Positions 27,497-36,428 of a DNA stretch of 64,000 nucleotides are shown piece after piece. Every line of letters starts with the position of its first letter. The stretch's first letter is position 1. The stretch is taken from the NCBI GenBank assembly GCA_030065575.1, contig JASJDZ010000043.1, positions 2,564-66,563 of the forward strand. Direction: 5' to 3'. Origin of the DNA: Acidimicrobiia bacterium (GTDB taxonomy: Bacteria > Actinomycetota > Acidimicrobiia > Spongiisociales > UBA5794). Made by a program: the position numbers and the translations under genes. The notes under the pieces are model-generated. The model had not been told where the DNA came from and searched no databases. It worked only from the letters and a program-made list of their open reading frames with translations.

Positions 27497-29356
27497 ATGA
27501 GGGGTCCGGCATTGAGGATCGCCTCGGTCATCACTGTTCTCAGCGCCGCGCTGTTCACCGGGGCGGCTCAGGTCGCTGCGGCCGAGACAGGAACGGTCTA
27601 CCCGCTCGTCTTCCCCGTAGGTGGTGCGAACAGTTGGACCGACACCTACGGAGCGCCTCGCTCCGAAGGGCGCACTCACCAGGGCATTGACATCTTCGCC
27701 GCAAAGGGCACGCCGGTCCTTGCCGCAGCGGACGGGCGAGTATCCCGGATCGCGGAGGGAAACAGAGCCGGGCGCTTCATCGTCATAAGCCACGACGATG
27801 GATGGAGCACTTACTACCTCCACCTGGACAACGACACGCCCGGTACCGATGACGGCCTCGGTGGCGCTCCGGCGCCGGGCATTCAGGTTGGGACGAGGGT
27901 CGCGGCTGGAGATGTGATCGACTTCGTGGGGGACAGCGGCAACGCCGAAGGGACGTCGCCACACCTGCATTTCGAGCTACATCGCCCCGACGGCCGTCCG
28001 GTCAATCCGACTCCTCATCTCAATGCCGCCGAATCGGGCAGTGCTCCCGAATCGCTTTCGGGCCCGGACCGTGTGCTGTATCGGGCCGCTGGGGTCGAAC
28101 TCGTCGGGAGCCTCGATCCGGGCGGAGGCTTTGCCGCCGGACTGGCCGTCCACAACGACATTGCGTACGTGGGTACCTGGGGAAGGCATGATGCCTGTCC
28201 GAACTCCGGGGTGCGGGTCATCGATGTGTCGGATCCGACTGAGCCTGTGGCAATAGGGGTGATCGCCGGCAGCGACGAATACCCCGGGACAAGTACGGAC
28301 GGGGTCTGGGCCGGCCGGGTCGAGACGGATAGTTTCGTCGGGGCCCTCGCGGTGGTCAGCGTCCGCCTGTGTGACACGAGTGAGCGCAATAGGAAGACCG
28401 ACGCGTTTCGGGGTTTGGCCATTTACGACGTCAACGAACCAGCAGCGCCACGCCTGCTCAGCGAGTACCACTCCGGGGCCCAAACTCAGGGGGCCAACGA
28501 CGTCAGCTTGGCGGTTCGCCCCGACGGCAGGGCCGTGCTCAGCGCCACCGTCATGCAGTCCTACTTGCACACCGGAGGGCGAGCCGGCGACTGGCGGCTC
28601 GTAGATGTGTCTGACCCCGAACACCCCCGCCAAGTCGCAGAGTGGGACTATCGCAGCTACCTGCCGGCCGGCGATCGAGCTCGCAGCAATCGTGAACTGC
28701 ATGTGCATACCTCGCTTCTGTCCGCCTCCGGAGAGCGGGTCTGGCTTGGGGTCTGGGATGCTGGGCTCATTCAGCTCGACCTGCGCAATCCCGAGGCGCC
28801 GAAGTTCATCTCGTCGGTTCCCGTGGGCGAAGGGCATGGAGGAAATGCGCACGGCGTCGCCTTCGACCCTGCCTCGGGTCTCCTGATCCGCAATGATGAG
28901 AACCTCGAGTGGCTGACTGAAGACGGTGAGATTCAGCCGTGGGGGGGTCAAACGTTCTACGACGCATCCGACCCTGCAGACGTCGAGTTGATTGGCTCAT
29001 TCACCACAGCCAACACCGATCTGACTGCGGGTGTGCCTGCTGCGCCGGGGTACTTCACCGCGCACGAGGCTGTGCTCGTGAACAACATCGAGTACGTCTC
29101 CTGGTACTCCGATGGCATTCGCATCGTGGATCTGTCAGACGCCGGTGCCCCCACCGAGATAGGGCATTTTGTGCCTCCGCCGACTCCTGACCCTCAGGCC
29201 CACTTCCTCGGCCAGGGTCGCGGCTCCAGCTTTGCCATGGTGTGGGGCGTCGTCGTCACCAATGGCTACATCTATCTGACCGACATGCACAGTGGGCTTT
29301 GGATCGTCCGTCACGCCGGCCCGGAATCCGCGCCTCCTCTCACCGGGCGTCGGTGA
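27497..29356 (+). CDS. Secreted M23 (LytM-type) metallopeptidase fused to an LVIVD-repeat beta-propeller.
   Basis: It has a signal peptide (ITVLSAALFTGAAQVAAA) and M23 motifs (HQGIDIFA...HLHFE). It then has at least five repeats of the type V(R/L)(V/I)(I/V)D(V/L)SDP(T/E)xP. Confidence 0.75.
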   Translation: MRGPALRIASVITVLSAALFTGAAQVAAAETGTVYPLVFPVGGANSWTDTYGAPRSEGRTHQGIDIFAAKGTPVLAAADGRVSRIAEGNRAGRFIVISHDDGWSTYYLHLDNDTPGTDDGLGGAPAPGIQVGTRVAAGDVIDFVGDSGNAEGTSPHLHFELHRPDGRPVNPTPHLNAAESGSAPESLSGPDRVLYRAAGVELVGSLDPGGGFAAGLAVHNDIAYVGTWGRHDACPNSGVRVIDVSDPTEPVAIGVIAGSDEYPGTSTDGVWAGRVETDSFVGALAVVSVRLCDTSERNRKTDAFRGLAIYDVNEPAAPRLLSEYHSGAQTQGANDVSLAVRPDGRAVLSATVMQSYLHTGGRAGDWRLVDVSDPEHPRQVAEWDYRSYLPAGDRARSNRELHVHTSLLSASGERVWLGVWDAGLIQLDLRNPEAPKFISSVPVGEGHGGNAHGVAFDPASGLLIRNDENLEWLTEDGEIQPWGGQTFYDASDPADVELIGSFTTANTDLTAGVPAAPGYFTAHEAVLVNNIEYVSWYSDGIRIVDLSDAGAPTEIGHFVPPPTPDPQAHFLGQGRGSSFAMVWGVVVTNGYIYLTDMHSGLWIVRHAGPESAPPLTGRR

Positions 29357-29421
29357 CACGAACAGCCGACCTCTTCCGCGTCATGCCCCACTAACGTCAC
29401 TCCCAACCCGACCCGGACGCT

Positions 29422-29841
29422 ATGAACCGTTTCTCCTCAACACAGAAGGCTGTCATCAGCGGCGATATCGCTGTGCTGATCATGCTGACTTTGGCCGGTT
29501 TTGCCACACACCTGACACTCGATGCCTTCGGGAGAATGATCGTCACCATGGTCGCTTCGCTACTGGCATGGGCCGCGGTTTCTCCGTTTCTGGGGGTCTA
29601 TCGCGAGGAGGTACTGGCCGATCCGAGATCGCTGTGGCGCGTTGGTTGGGCCGCTGTGCTGGCTGCGCCCCTTGCCACCTTCCTCCGTGCGGTTGCGTTG
29701 GATCGTGATATCCCATGGGTGTTTGTCCTCGTCACCATGGGAACCACCGCAGTGGGCTTGCTCGCGTGGCGAATCGCCTACGGATGGTGGATGGCACGTC
29801 AAGCGCCGGCTGCGACGAGCTCCACTATCAGCCCCCGGTGA
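29422..29841 (+). CDS. DUF3054-like small membrane protein.
   Basis: It has four predicted TM helices, is about 139 aa, and the composition is coding-like. It overlaps the convergent EEP gene by 43 bp. Confidence 0.5.
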   Translation: MNRFSSTQKAVISGDIAVLIMLTLAGFATHLTLDAFGRMIVTMVASLLAWAAVSPFLGVYREEVLADPRSLWRVGWAAVLAAPLATFLRAVALDRDIPWVFVLVTMGTTAVGLLAWRIAYGWWMARQAPAATSSTISPR

Positions 29842-30464
29842 TCCGACCCGGCGATCTTGACTGCCCTTGTTTCCACGGCGCGGGCACCCTGGATGAAGGC
29901 GTGGTCGATGCGCAGCATCGCCGGTGACCACGGGAAGTAGCCCCACGTGGCCTGCGCCGTCCCTGCTTCTCGGGCCCCATCCGTCGCCAGGTCACTCACC
30001 CGGCGATAGACCGGCCACACTGGAGAGGAGTTGAAGTCGCCGACGACGATCCTCGTCTCTGCGGGCGTCCCAAGAAGATGTTCGAGGGCGTTGAGTTCGG
30101 CGGTGCGCAGCTTCCGTGAACTTCTCCAGGGCCGCGAGATCGGGTTGGCCAGGTGGGTAGAGAGAGCCTCCACCCTGCCCATTCCCCATCGCGAGCCATC
30201 GAATGTAGCCCGCACCGGGTTGCGGTACGGGAACTCGAGCCGATCGAAGCTGGCCTCGACATCTGTCGCAAGACCCATGCCCGTAGTGTCGTCCCGGGGG
30301 TCGAGCAGGCGAGACACACCCCACTCTGCGAGCACTTCTGCCGCGTTCTCGCTCAACTCCTGAACAGCAACCACGTGGGGCTGCACGGCGCGAAGCACCT
30401 CGGCGAACGCCGCGGGGCGGGCGCGTCCGTTGTACAGGTTGGCGGTCAGTATGCGTAGTGACAC
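29799..30464 (-). CDS. Endonuclease/exonuclease/phosphatase (EEP) family protein.
   Basis: It has EEP motifs (VVAVQE, VVGDFN, SDHRGL). Confidence 0.75.
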   Translation of the reverse strand: MSLRILTANLYNGRARPAAFAEVLRAVQPHVVAVQELSENAAEVLAEWGVSRLLDPRDDTTGMGLATDVEASFDRLEFPYRNPVRATFDGSRWGMGRVEALSTHLANPISRPWRSSRKLRTAELNALEHLLGTPAETRIVVGDFNSSPVWPVYRRVSDLATDGAREAGTAQATWGYFPWSPAMLRIDHAFIQGARAVETRAVKIAGSDHRGLIVELVAAGA

Positions 30465-30647
30465 AAGCGGGAGCCTATCGAAGCTCCGCCGCCGGACGGG
30501 ACGCGACCCACAGAAATGCCAGGATTGGGTCGGAAACTTCGGTTGAGTGTTGGGTCCAACCGACCGATACAGGAGGTAACGGCAGGTACTGACGATGAGG
30601 TGCGGCGACCGTTATTGTTGCCCTACCGACAAGATGAGGAGACAACG

Positions 30648-31055
30648 GTGCGATTGACAACGGCGATGCTGGCCGATGCGGCACAGGTCCAAGGCGGCAA
30701 GCTGTTTGTGCTTGGCGGCGGCTTCGACACCATCAGTGCCCGGAAGCTCCCTGTCATCCATCGCAGCCTCACGGTGGCTCTGGTGGCCGAGATCGAGCCC
30801 GAGGAGCGTCATCGCGATCTCGAGATTGCGCTGCGGCTCATCGATGAGGACGGTGTCGACATGGGAGTCGAGGCCAAAGGCAAGCTGAGGGTCGGCGCTC
30901 CACCAAATCTGCCGCCGGGTTCCTCGAGCATTGTCCCTATCGTCAGCCCCTTCCACGGTATCGAGTTCCCCGATGCCAAGGGCTATGCCTTCGTCGTGAC
31001 GTTCGAAGACAACGAGCTAGAGCGTATTCGCTTCCGGGTGGTGAAGGTGGGCTGA
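30648..31055 (+). CDS. Hypothetical protein.
   Basis: It has a GTG start 6 nt after a GAGGAG RBS and coding-like GC3. I see no recognisable motif. It lies directly upstream of pgsA. Confidence 0.4.
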   Translation: MRLTTAMLADAAQVQGGKLFVLGGGFDTISARKLPVIHRSLTVALVAEIEPEERHRDLEIALRLIDEDGVDMGVEAKGKLRVGAPPNLPPGSSSIVPIVSPFHGIEFPDAKGYAFVVTFEDNELERIRFRVVKVG

Positions 31056-31067
31056 TACCGTAGGCCC

Positions 31068-31616
31068 GTGTTCACAATCCCCAACCTGATATCGCTGGTT
31101 CGTCTAGCGCTGATCCCCGTCTTTCTCTGGTTGCTCGTCGGGCGAGATGAGCCAGTGTGGGCAGGCATCCTCCTCGGTGTGATCGGATCGACCGATTGGG
31201 TCGACGGCTATCTGGCCCGCAAACTGGATCAAGTGTCTGAGATCGGGAAGATCCTCGATCCTCTCGCCGATCGTCTGGCGGTCGCGACTGCGGTGATCGC
31301 AGGCCTGGTGAGCGGGTACCTGCCGGGATGGTTTGCCTGGGCTCTCATCGTTAGGGAGGCGCTCGTCGGCGTCGGTGCGATGATCGTTGCGTTGCTGGGC
31401 CACACGAGCCTTGCCGTGCGACAACTCGGCAAGGTTGCCACCTTCCTGCTCTACAACGCCGTAGCCTGGTTCTTCGTCGGCGTGGAGTGGGATCCAGCGC
31501 TCTATATCGCGTGGTTCACCGGGGTGCCGGGTTTGATCCTCTACTACGTGGTGGCAACTCAGTACGCAACCGACGCGATTGCTGCAATCAGAGCCCGCAA
31601 CGAAGGTCCAACCTAG
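31068..31616 (+). CDS. pgsA: CDP-alcohol phosphatidyltransferase (phosphatidylglycerophosphate synthase-like).
   Basis: It has a D-x2-DG-x2-AR...G-x3-D-x3-D signature (DWVDGYLARKL...GKILDPLADRL) and multiple TM segments. Confidence 0.8.
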   Translation: MFTIPNLISLVRLALIPVFLWLLVGRDEPVWAGILLGVIGSTDWVDGYLARKLDQVSEIGKILDPLADRLAVATAVIAGLVSGYLPGWFAWALIVREALVGVGAMIVALLGHTSLAVRQLGKVATFLLYNAVAWFFVGVEWDPALYIAWFTGVPGLILYYVVATQYATDAIAAIRARNEGPT

Positions 31617-31636
31617 ACCTCGGCTCCTGCCGCATT

Positions 31637-32044
31637 ATGCTCGAGTTGAGCGACGTCACAGGAGACACCGTGCAGATACCAGAAGGGCTCCGCTACACCG
31701 ATAATCACGAGTGGATTGCCGTCGAAGACGGCATGGCACGGGTTGGTATCACCGACTATGCCCAGGACGCGCTTGGCGACGTCGTCTTCGTCGATCTCCC
31801 TGAGGAAGGAACCGAGGTCAGCATCGGTGAGCCATTCGCTGAGATCGAGTCAACGAAGTCCGTCGCCGACGTCTACGCACCCATCTCGGGAACGGTCGCG
31901 GCGGTGAACGGATTGCTGGTGGATTCTCCTGAGATCATCAACAGCGACCCCTATGGAGATTCCTGGTTCGTGGTCATCGACGGCGACATCGGCCCGATTG
32001 ACGAGTTGATGGATGCAGCCGCCTACGCCGACTTCTGCGAGTAG
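31637..32044 (+). CDS. gcvH: Glycine cleavage system H protein.
   Basis: It has a lipoyl-lysine motif (ESTKSV) and HEW...GITDYAQ signatures, and is about 135 aa. Confidence 0.85.
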   Translation: MLELSDVTGDTVQIPEGLRYTDNHEWIAVEDGMARVGITDYAQDALGDVVFVDLPEEGTEVSIGEPFAEIESTKSVADVYAPISGTVAAVNGLLVDSPEIINSDPYGDSWFVVIDGDIGPIDELMDAAAYADFCE

Positions 32045-32090
32045 GTCAACTCTCAACTTGTAGTCGAGGCTTACGGACTACCATGCAACT

Positions 32091-32504
32091 ATGGCCAATG
32101 AGCATGGCGCTCCGGACGAGTTGAGCGACGCCGAAAAGACCGTCTTCTACGACCCCGACGCCGGTGCCGCGGATGTCGGCGAGGTTGTCGGCAGAATCGA
32201 GGGAGCATTTCGTTATGCCCTCGTAGTCGAGCGCGGCCCGCGCGCCGGCTTGACCTATGTTCTGGGTGAGGGAGAGACCGTTGCCGGCCGCTCCGGCGAT
32301 GCGGAGATCTTCCTGGGCGATGTCACAGTTTCTCGTCGCCATGCTCGGTTTTTCGTGGATGACAACGGGCTCACCGTCGAGGATCTTCGCTCGACCAACG
32401 GCACCTATGTCAATGCAGAGCGCCAGGACAGAGCTTCCCTACAGGCAGGGGACGAGGTAATCATCGGGAAGTTCCATTTGGTGGTGGCCGGCGGCCATGG
32501 CTGA
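32091..32504 (+). CDS. garA: FHA-domain protein (GarA/OdhI-like).
   Basis: It has an N-terminal threonine-containing peptide (ETVFYD-like) and a C-terminal FHA domain (GRSGDAEIFLGDVTVSRRHARF...STNGTYVN). Confidence 0.85.
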   Translation: MANEHGAPDELSDAEKTVFYDPDAGAADVGEVVGRIEGAFRYALVVERGPRAGLTYVLGEGETVAGRSGDAEIFLGDVTVSRRHARFFVDDNGLTVEDLRSTNGTYVNAERQDRASLQAGDEVIIGKFHLVVAGGHG

Positions 32505-33216
32505 GGGAGCGGCAGCACCGATGTCCCGCCGCAAGACCCAGTCGATCGGCGAAGTTATCAACGGTCTTCGCAACGACTTCCCCGACCTCACTGTCTCGAA
32601 GGTGAGGTTTCTCGAGGCACAAGGCCTGATCAACCCCGGCCGCAGCCCCTCGGGGTATCGGATGTTCACCGATGATGACATCGACCGGCTGCGTTATGTC
32701 CTCAGCGAACAGCGAGACCATTTCCTTCCCCTCAAGGTCATCAAATCCAAGCTGACCTCGTGGGACCGTGGCGAGCAGATGGATACTCCGCGCGACAGCG
32801 GACCGGCTCCTGAGGTCTACTTCGGTGGCCCCGGGGTATCGATGGGCATGGAAGAACTGGGGCGTAGCACCGGGCTCACCCGGGATCAGATCGACGAGTT
32901 GATCGCTCAGAAGGTGCTCAACCCGATGGACCTTCCCGATGGGCGAAAGGTGTTCCGCGATGATGATCTGGCTATTGCCCGCTCCGCCTATCGGCTCTAT
33001 GCCCGTGGCTTCGAGGGACGGCACATACGATCGTTGCGACTCGCAGCTGATCGCGAAGTGGATCTGCTCGCCCAGTTGGTGAACCCGCTGCTGCGTCACC
33101 GCAATCCTAAGAACCGGCGCCGCGCCGCCGAGGTGCTCGCCGATGGCGCCAGCGCCGGAGCCCGACTCCAGGAGAGTCTCGTCAGATCACGGCTGCGTAA
33201 GCTGCTCGAGGGATGA
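32497..33216 (+). CDS. MerR-family transcriptional regulator (FtsR/Rv1828-like).
   Basis: It has a MerR HTH (SIGEVINGLRNDFPDLTVSKVRFLEAQGLINPGRSPSGYRMF). It overlaps the garA stop and matches the Rv1827-Rv1828 synteny. Confidence 0.75.
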   Translation: MAEGAAAPMSRRKTQSIGEVINGLRNDFPDLTVSKVRFLEAQGLINPGRSPSGYRMFTDDDIDRLRYVLSEQRDHFLPLKVIKSKLTSWDRGEQMDTPRDSGPAPEVYFGGPGVSMGMEELGRSTGLTRDQIDELIAQKVLNPMDLPDGRKVFRDDDLAIARSAYRLYARGFEGRHIRSLRLAADREVDLLAQLVNPLLRHRNPKNRRRAAEVLADGASAGARLQESLVRSRLRKLLEG

Positions 33217-34244
33217 TGCGGCGCCTCCATTCACCTGTTGCCTTTCTCGCCGCGCTTACCCTGTTGGCGTCTCCAATCCGTTTTTCTGCCGAACCGGAGC
33301 CGCCAACGCTGGAATCGGAGGCCTGGATAGCCGTTGACGCTGCGAGCGGGTCGACCCTTCTCGAGTTCAACGCCGATGAGGAACGGGCAATGGCTTCGGT
33401 CACCAAGCTGATGACTGCGCTGGTCGTCCGTGCCCATGCTGATCTAGACGACCGCGTCCGCATCAGCGAAGCCGCGGCAGCAGTAGGGGAGGCCGAGGTC
33501 GGTCTCGTTGCGGGTGAGGTATGGAGCGTCCGGGATCTATTGGCTGCGGTTCTGGTGCGTTCCGGCAACGATGCGGCCCACGCTCTGGCTGAGTACGTCG
33601 GTGGCAGCATCGCCGGGTTTGCCGACCAGATGAATCAGATGGCCGCCGACATGGGGCTGGAACACTCCAACTTCGCCAACCCCCACGGTTTGGACGACGA
33701 GGGCCACTACACATCAGCGCGCGACCTCACGGTCATGGCTGAAGCTGTGCTGGCCGACAATGTGCTCGCCCAACTCACGAGAACGGGAATCGTCAGGTTC
33801 AAACCGTCACCCGAGGGTGTGAGCCGGATAACAACGAATACCAACCGATTGCTCAATCGCTATCCCGGCGTGATCGGACTGAAGACCGGTTACACCGGCA
33901 AGGCTGGGCGGGTACTGGTCTCCGCAGCAGAGATCGAGGGCCAGACGATCATTGCTGTGGTGATGGGTAGCGAGAATCACTTCGCCGACACCGCGGCGAT
34001 CCTCGACTACGTCACCCAGTCCTATTCGATTCGCGATCGGTTGCTTGTTCCTCTCGCCGAGCAGGAAGGCGGAGGCGGCCCGGTCGGGTTGCTCGACGTG
34101 GACGAGCAGCGGTTCGTGAAGTCACGCCAGCCGTTGCCAAACGGCCGTGACGCGGTCACCCCCTGGGGACAGACGCCGGGATCGCAACAGGTAGAGGACA
34201 TGGTCCGCAGGATGATTCCCGTTGTGCTCGGTGGATCCGCTTGA
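33213..34244 (+). CDS. D-alanyl-D-alanine carboxypeptidase (peptidase S11).
   Basis: It has a signal peptide, SVTKLMTA (SxxK), SGN and KTG motifs, and a C-terminal extension. Confidence 0.8.
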   Translation: MMRRLHSPVAFLAALTLLASPIRFSAEPEPPTLESEAWIAVDAASGSTLLEFNADEERAMASVTKLMTALVVRAHADLDDRVRISEAAAAVGEAEVGLVAGEVWSVRDLLAAVLVRSGNDAAHALAEYVGGSIAGFADQMNQMAADMGLEHSNFANPHGLDDEGHYTSARDLTVMAEAVLADNVLAQLTRTGIVRFKPSPEGVSRITTNTNRLLNRYPGVIGLKTGYTGKAGRVLVSAAEIEGQTIIAVVMGSENHFADTAAILDYVTQSYSIRDRLLVPLAEQEGGGGPVGLLDVDEQRFVKSRQPLPNGRDAVTPWGQTPGSQQVEDMVRRMIPVVLGGSA

Positions 34245-34828
34245 ACGGCGACTACCTGCAGGTTGTTGATGCCGACGCCCTCGACCGCCGCATTTGCGAG
34301 TTGGGCGCCAGCATCTCCGAGGACTATGCAGGGCGCAACCCCGTCTTGGTCGGCGTCCTCAAGGGATGCGTGCCCTTCCTTCCCGACCTCATCCGCTGTA
34401 TCGAGGAGCCACACGAGGTTGATTTCCTCCTACTGACCCGTTTTGGAAGCAAGGGGAGGGTGGCCGTTTCGATGGACACGGCGATCTCTCTGGAAGGTCG
34501 ACATGTTCTGCTGGTGGAGGACATCGTCGACACAGGCCTCACCTTGAGCGCGCTGCGCCGGAACCTGGAGGTACGCCGACCCGCCAGCCTCAACACGGTG
34601 GCACTGCTCGACAAGGTCCCCCGTCGCATCGTCGACGTACCACTCGAGTACAGAGGTTTCGAGATCGGCGACGAGTTCTTGCTCGGCTACGGTCTCGATT
34701 GGGATGGCCGCTACCGCAATCTTCCGGGCCTCTGGGCCGTGATGGACATGGAACGGCTCCACGACCTCCACGAGACCTTGCCAGATGTGGTGTTCCCCGG
34801 CTCGGACGGGGTCGACGCTCCTCAGTGA
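34241..34828 (+). CDS. hpt: Hypoxanthine-guanine phosphoribosyltransferase (copy 1).
   Basis: It has a PRPP-binding motif (VLLVEDIVDTGLTLS) and a TTG start overlapping the upstream stop. Confidence 0.85.
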   Translation: MNGDYLQVVDADALDRRICELGASISEDYAGRNPVLVGVLKGCVPFLPDLIRCIEEPHEVDFLLLTRFGSKGRVAVSMDTAISLEGRHVLLVEDIVDTGLTLSALRRNLEVRRPASLNTVALLDKVPRRIVDVPLEYRGFEIGDEFLLGYGLDWDGRYRNLPGLWAVMDMERLHDLHETLPDVVFPGSDGVDAPQ

Positions 34829-34840
34829 TAGGCTGGCGAT

Positions 34841-35341
34841 ATGGACCCGGTACCCATGGACCTGATCGGCATCAGAATCGAACTGCCGTCAAACGTCCCC
34901 ATCCTGCTGCTCCGGGAACGTGACGGCTCCCGCTACCTGCCTATCTGGATTGGCCCCAACGAAGCTACTGCAATCGCCCTGGCCCTCCAGGAAGTCGAGC
35001 CGCAACGCCCAATGACGCACGACCTGCTCAAACTGGTTGTCGATGCCTTCGACGCCGAAGTGGTGCGCGTCGATGTCACCGAGTTGGTCTCCGGAACCTT
35101 CTTCGCCAACCTGGTGATGAATCACCAGGGGAACGAAGTAGTGATCTCGGCTCGACCGTCCGACGCCGTTGCGCTGGCCGCGCGTACCAAGTCGCCCGTC
35201 TTCGCCGATCGCGCCCTGCTCGACGAAGCCGGCGTGGAGATCGAAGACGAAGGTCAGGAAGATGAGATCGAGCGATTCCGCGAGTTCCTGGAGGATATCT
35301 CGCCGGACGATTTCACTCACGGACAGGGAAGCGATTCCTAG
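34841..35341 (+). CDS. Bifunctional nuclease family protein (DUF151, Rv1829-like).
   Basis: It has the conserved DUF151 N-terminal core (GIRIELPSNVPILLLRE...YLPIWIGPNEATAIALAL) and an acidic C-terminal tail. Confidence 0.7.
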   Translation: MDPVPMDLIGIRIELPSNVPILLLRERDGSRYLPIWIGPNEATAIALALQEVEPQRPMTHDLLKLVVDAFDAEVVRVDVTELVSGTFFANLVMNHQGNEVVISARPSDAVALAARTKSPVFADRALLDEAGVEIEDEGQEDEIERFREFLEDISPDDFTHGQGSDS

Positions 35342-35370
35342 CTCATCCTTCAGGTTATCCACAGGGGTTG

Positions 35371-35400
35371 TTGACAAGTCGCGTAGTCCTTCAGTAACTT
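35371..35400 (+). promoter_or_regulatory. Candidate sigma-70-like promoter for the second MerR gene.
   Basis: It has a TTGACA at 35371-35376, then 18 nt, then TAACTT, about 65 nt upstream of the GTG at 35465. Confidence 0.25.
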
Positions 35401-35464
35401 CACGTGCGTAGTTCGGCGGGCGGAATTACGTCGATGTAAGCTACAAGCCACAAGGAGGCTTTCC

Positions 35465-35938
35465 GTGAAGGAGCAGGACATCGGATACCGCGCCCCGCAG
35501 GTTTGCAGTCTGGTTGGTATCACGTACCGCCAGCTGGACTACTGGGCCCGTACCGGCCTCATCAAGCCCTCTATTCAGACGGCCCAGGGATCAGGCACAC
35601 AGCGCCGCTATTCGTTTACGGACATTGTGCAGCTCAAGGTCGTCAAGCGGCTTCTCGACGCCGGGATGAGCCTCAAGAAGATCCGTAGCGCCATGTCCAT
35701 CCTGCGTGAGCAGCTGGCCAGCAACAGCCCGCTGACCGATGTCACCCTTCTCTCGGATGGGGCGACGATCTTTGCGGCACACAGCGCAGACGAGGTAGTC
35801 GATGTCTTCCAAAAGGGCCAAGGAGTGTTCGGCATCGCCGTCGGCCCGGTGCAGCAGGAACTCGAGGGGGAGCTCCTCAAGCTCGTCCCCGAAGAAGCTG
35901 CAAGCGTTGCCAGCATCACGGAGGCGCAGGCCCACTGA
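35465..35938 (+). CDS. MerR-family transcriptional regulator (Rv1830-like).
   Basis: It has a GTG start after an AAGGAGG RBS and a MerR HTH (VCSLVGITYRQLDYWARTGLIKPS). Confidence 0.75.
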   Translation: MKEQDIGYRAPQVCSLVGITYRQLDYWARTGLIKPSIQTAQGSGTQRRYSFTDIVQLKVVKRLLDAGMSLKKIRSAMSILREQLASNSPLTDVTLLSDGATIFAAHSADEVVDVFQKGQGVFGIAVGPVQQELEGELLKLVPEEAASVASITEAQAH

Positions 35939-36033
35939 GTACGGAATACCTCGACGAGCAACAGCCTGCGGACGCTATCGACTTTGCCCACGAGAGCGAA
36001 CGGCAGTTCGCGCGACTGCTGGACTTCTATCAA

Positions 36034-36384
36034 GTGGAGTGGGAGTACGAGCCGCGCGAGTTTCCGATCGAGTTTGACGATTCCGGCGAGCCAACCAAGT
36101 TCTTCCGACCTGACTTCCACCTTCCGGACGACGATCTCTACATAGAGATCACAACCATGAGCCAGAAGCTCGTGACCAAGAAGAACCGCAAGGTACGTCG
36201 CTTGCGCGAGCTGTATCCGGACATCGACTGCAAGATCTTCTATCAGCGCGACTATCTCAGCCTGCTGGTCAAATACGGTCTCGAAGAGTTGCCGGACCAA
36301 GAGCTTCCTGCCACTCCGACCCGTCTTCCCGGACCTCCGCGGGTCGAAGACCTGGGTGACGACGAGCAGATCGCAGCGAGCTGA
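36034..36384 (+). CDS. Hypothetical acidic protein. The start is uncertain.
   Basis: The frame is coding-like with high GC3. The coding-like frame continues about 32 codons upstream to the MerR stop without any ATG, GTG or TTG. Confidence 0.35.
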   Translation: MEWEYEPREFPIEFDDSGEPTKFFRPDFHLPDDDLYIEITTMSQKLVTKKNRKVRRLRELYPDIDCKIFYQRDYLSLLVKYGLEELPDQELPATPTRLPGPPRVEDLGDDEQIAAS

Positions 36385-36428
36385 CGGGTCCGGTTAGTCT
36401 GACCCCGTCGAGAAGGAGGCAGGCGAGC

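Noticed and set aside
26378-27970. A 530-aa minus-strand ORF antisense to porB and the M23 gene.
   Set aside because: It is Arg/Pro-rich and low-complexity, has no motifs, and lies entirely antisense to two genes with strong family signatures. It is a typical high-GC shadow ORF.
36385-36428. A possible glycine riboswitch ahead of gcvT (and ahead of gcvH at 31617-31636).
   Set aside because: The leaders are only 44 nt and 20 nt long. Neither has GGAGAG...ACCGAAGGGGCAA-type aptamer elements.
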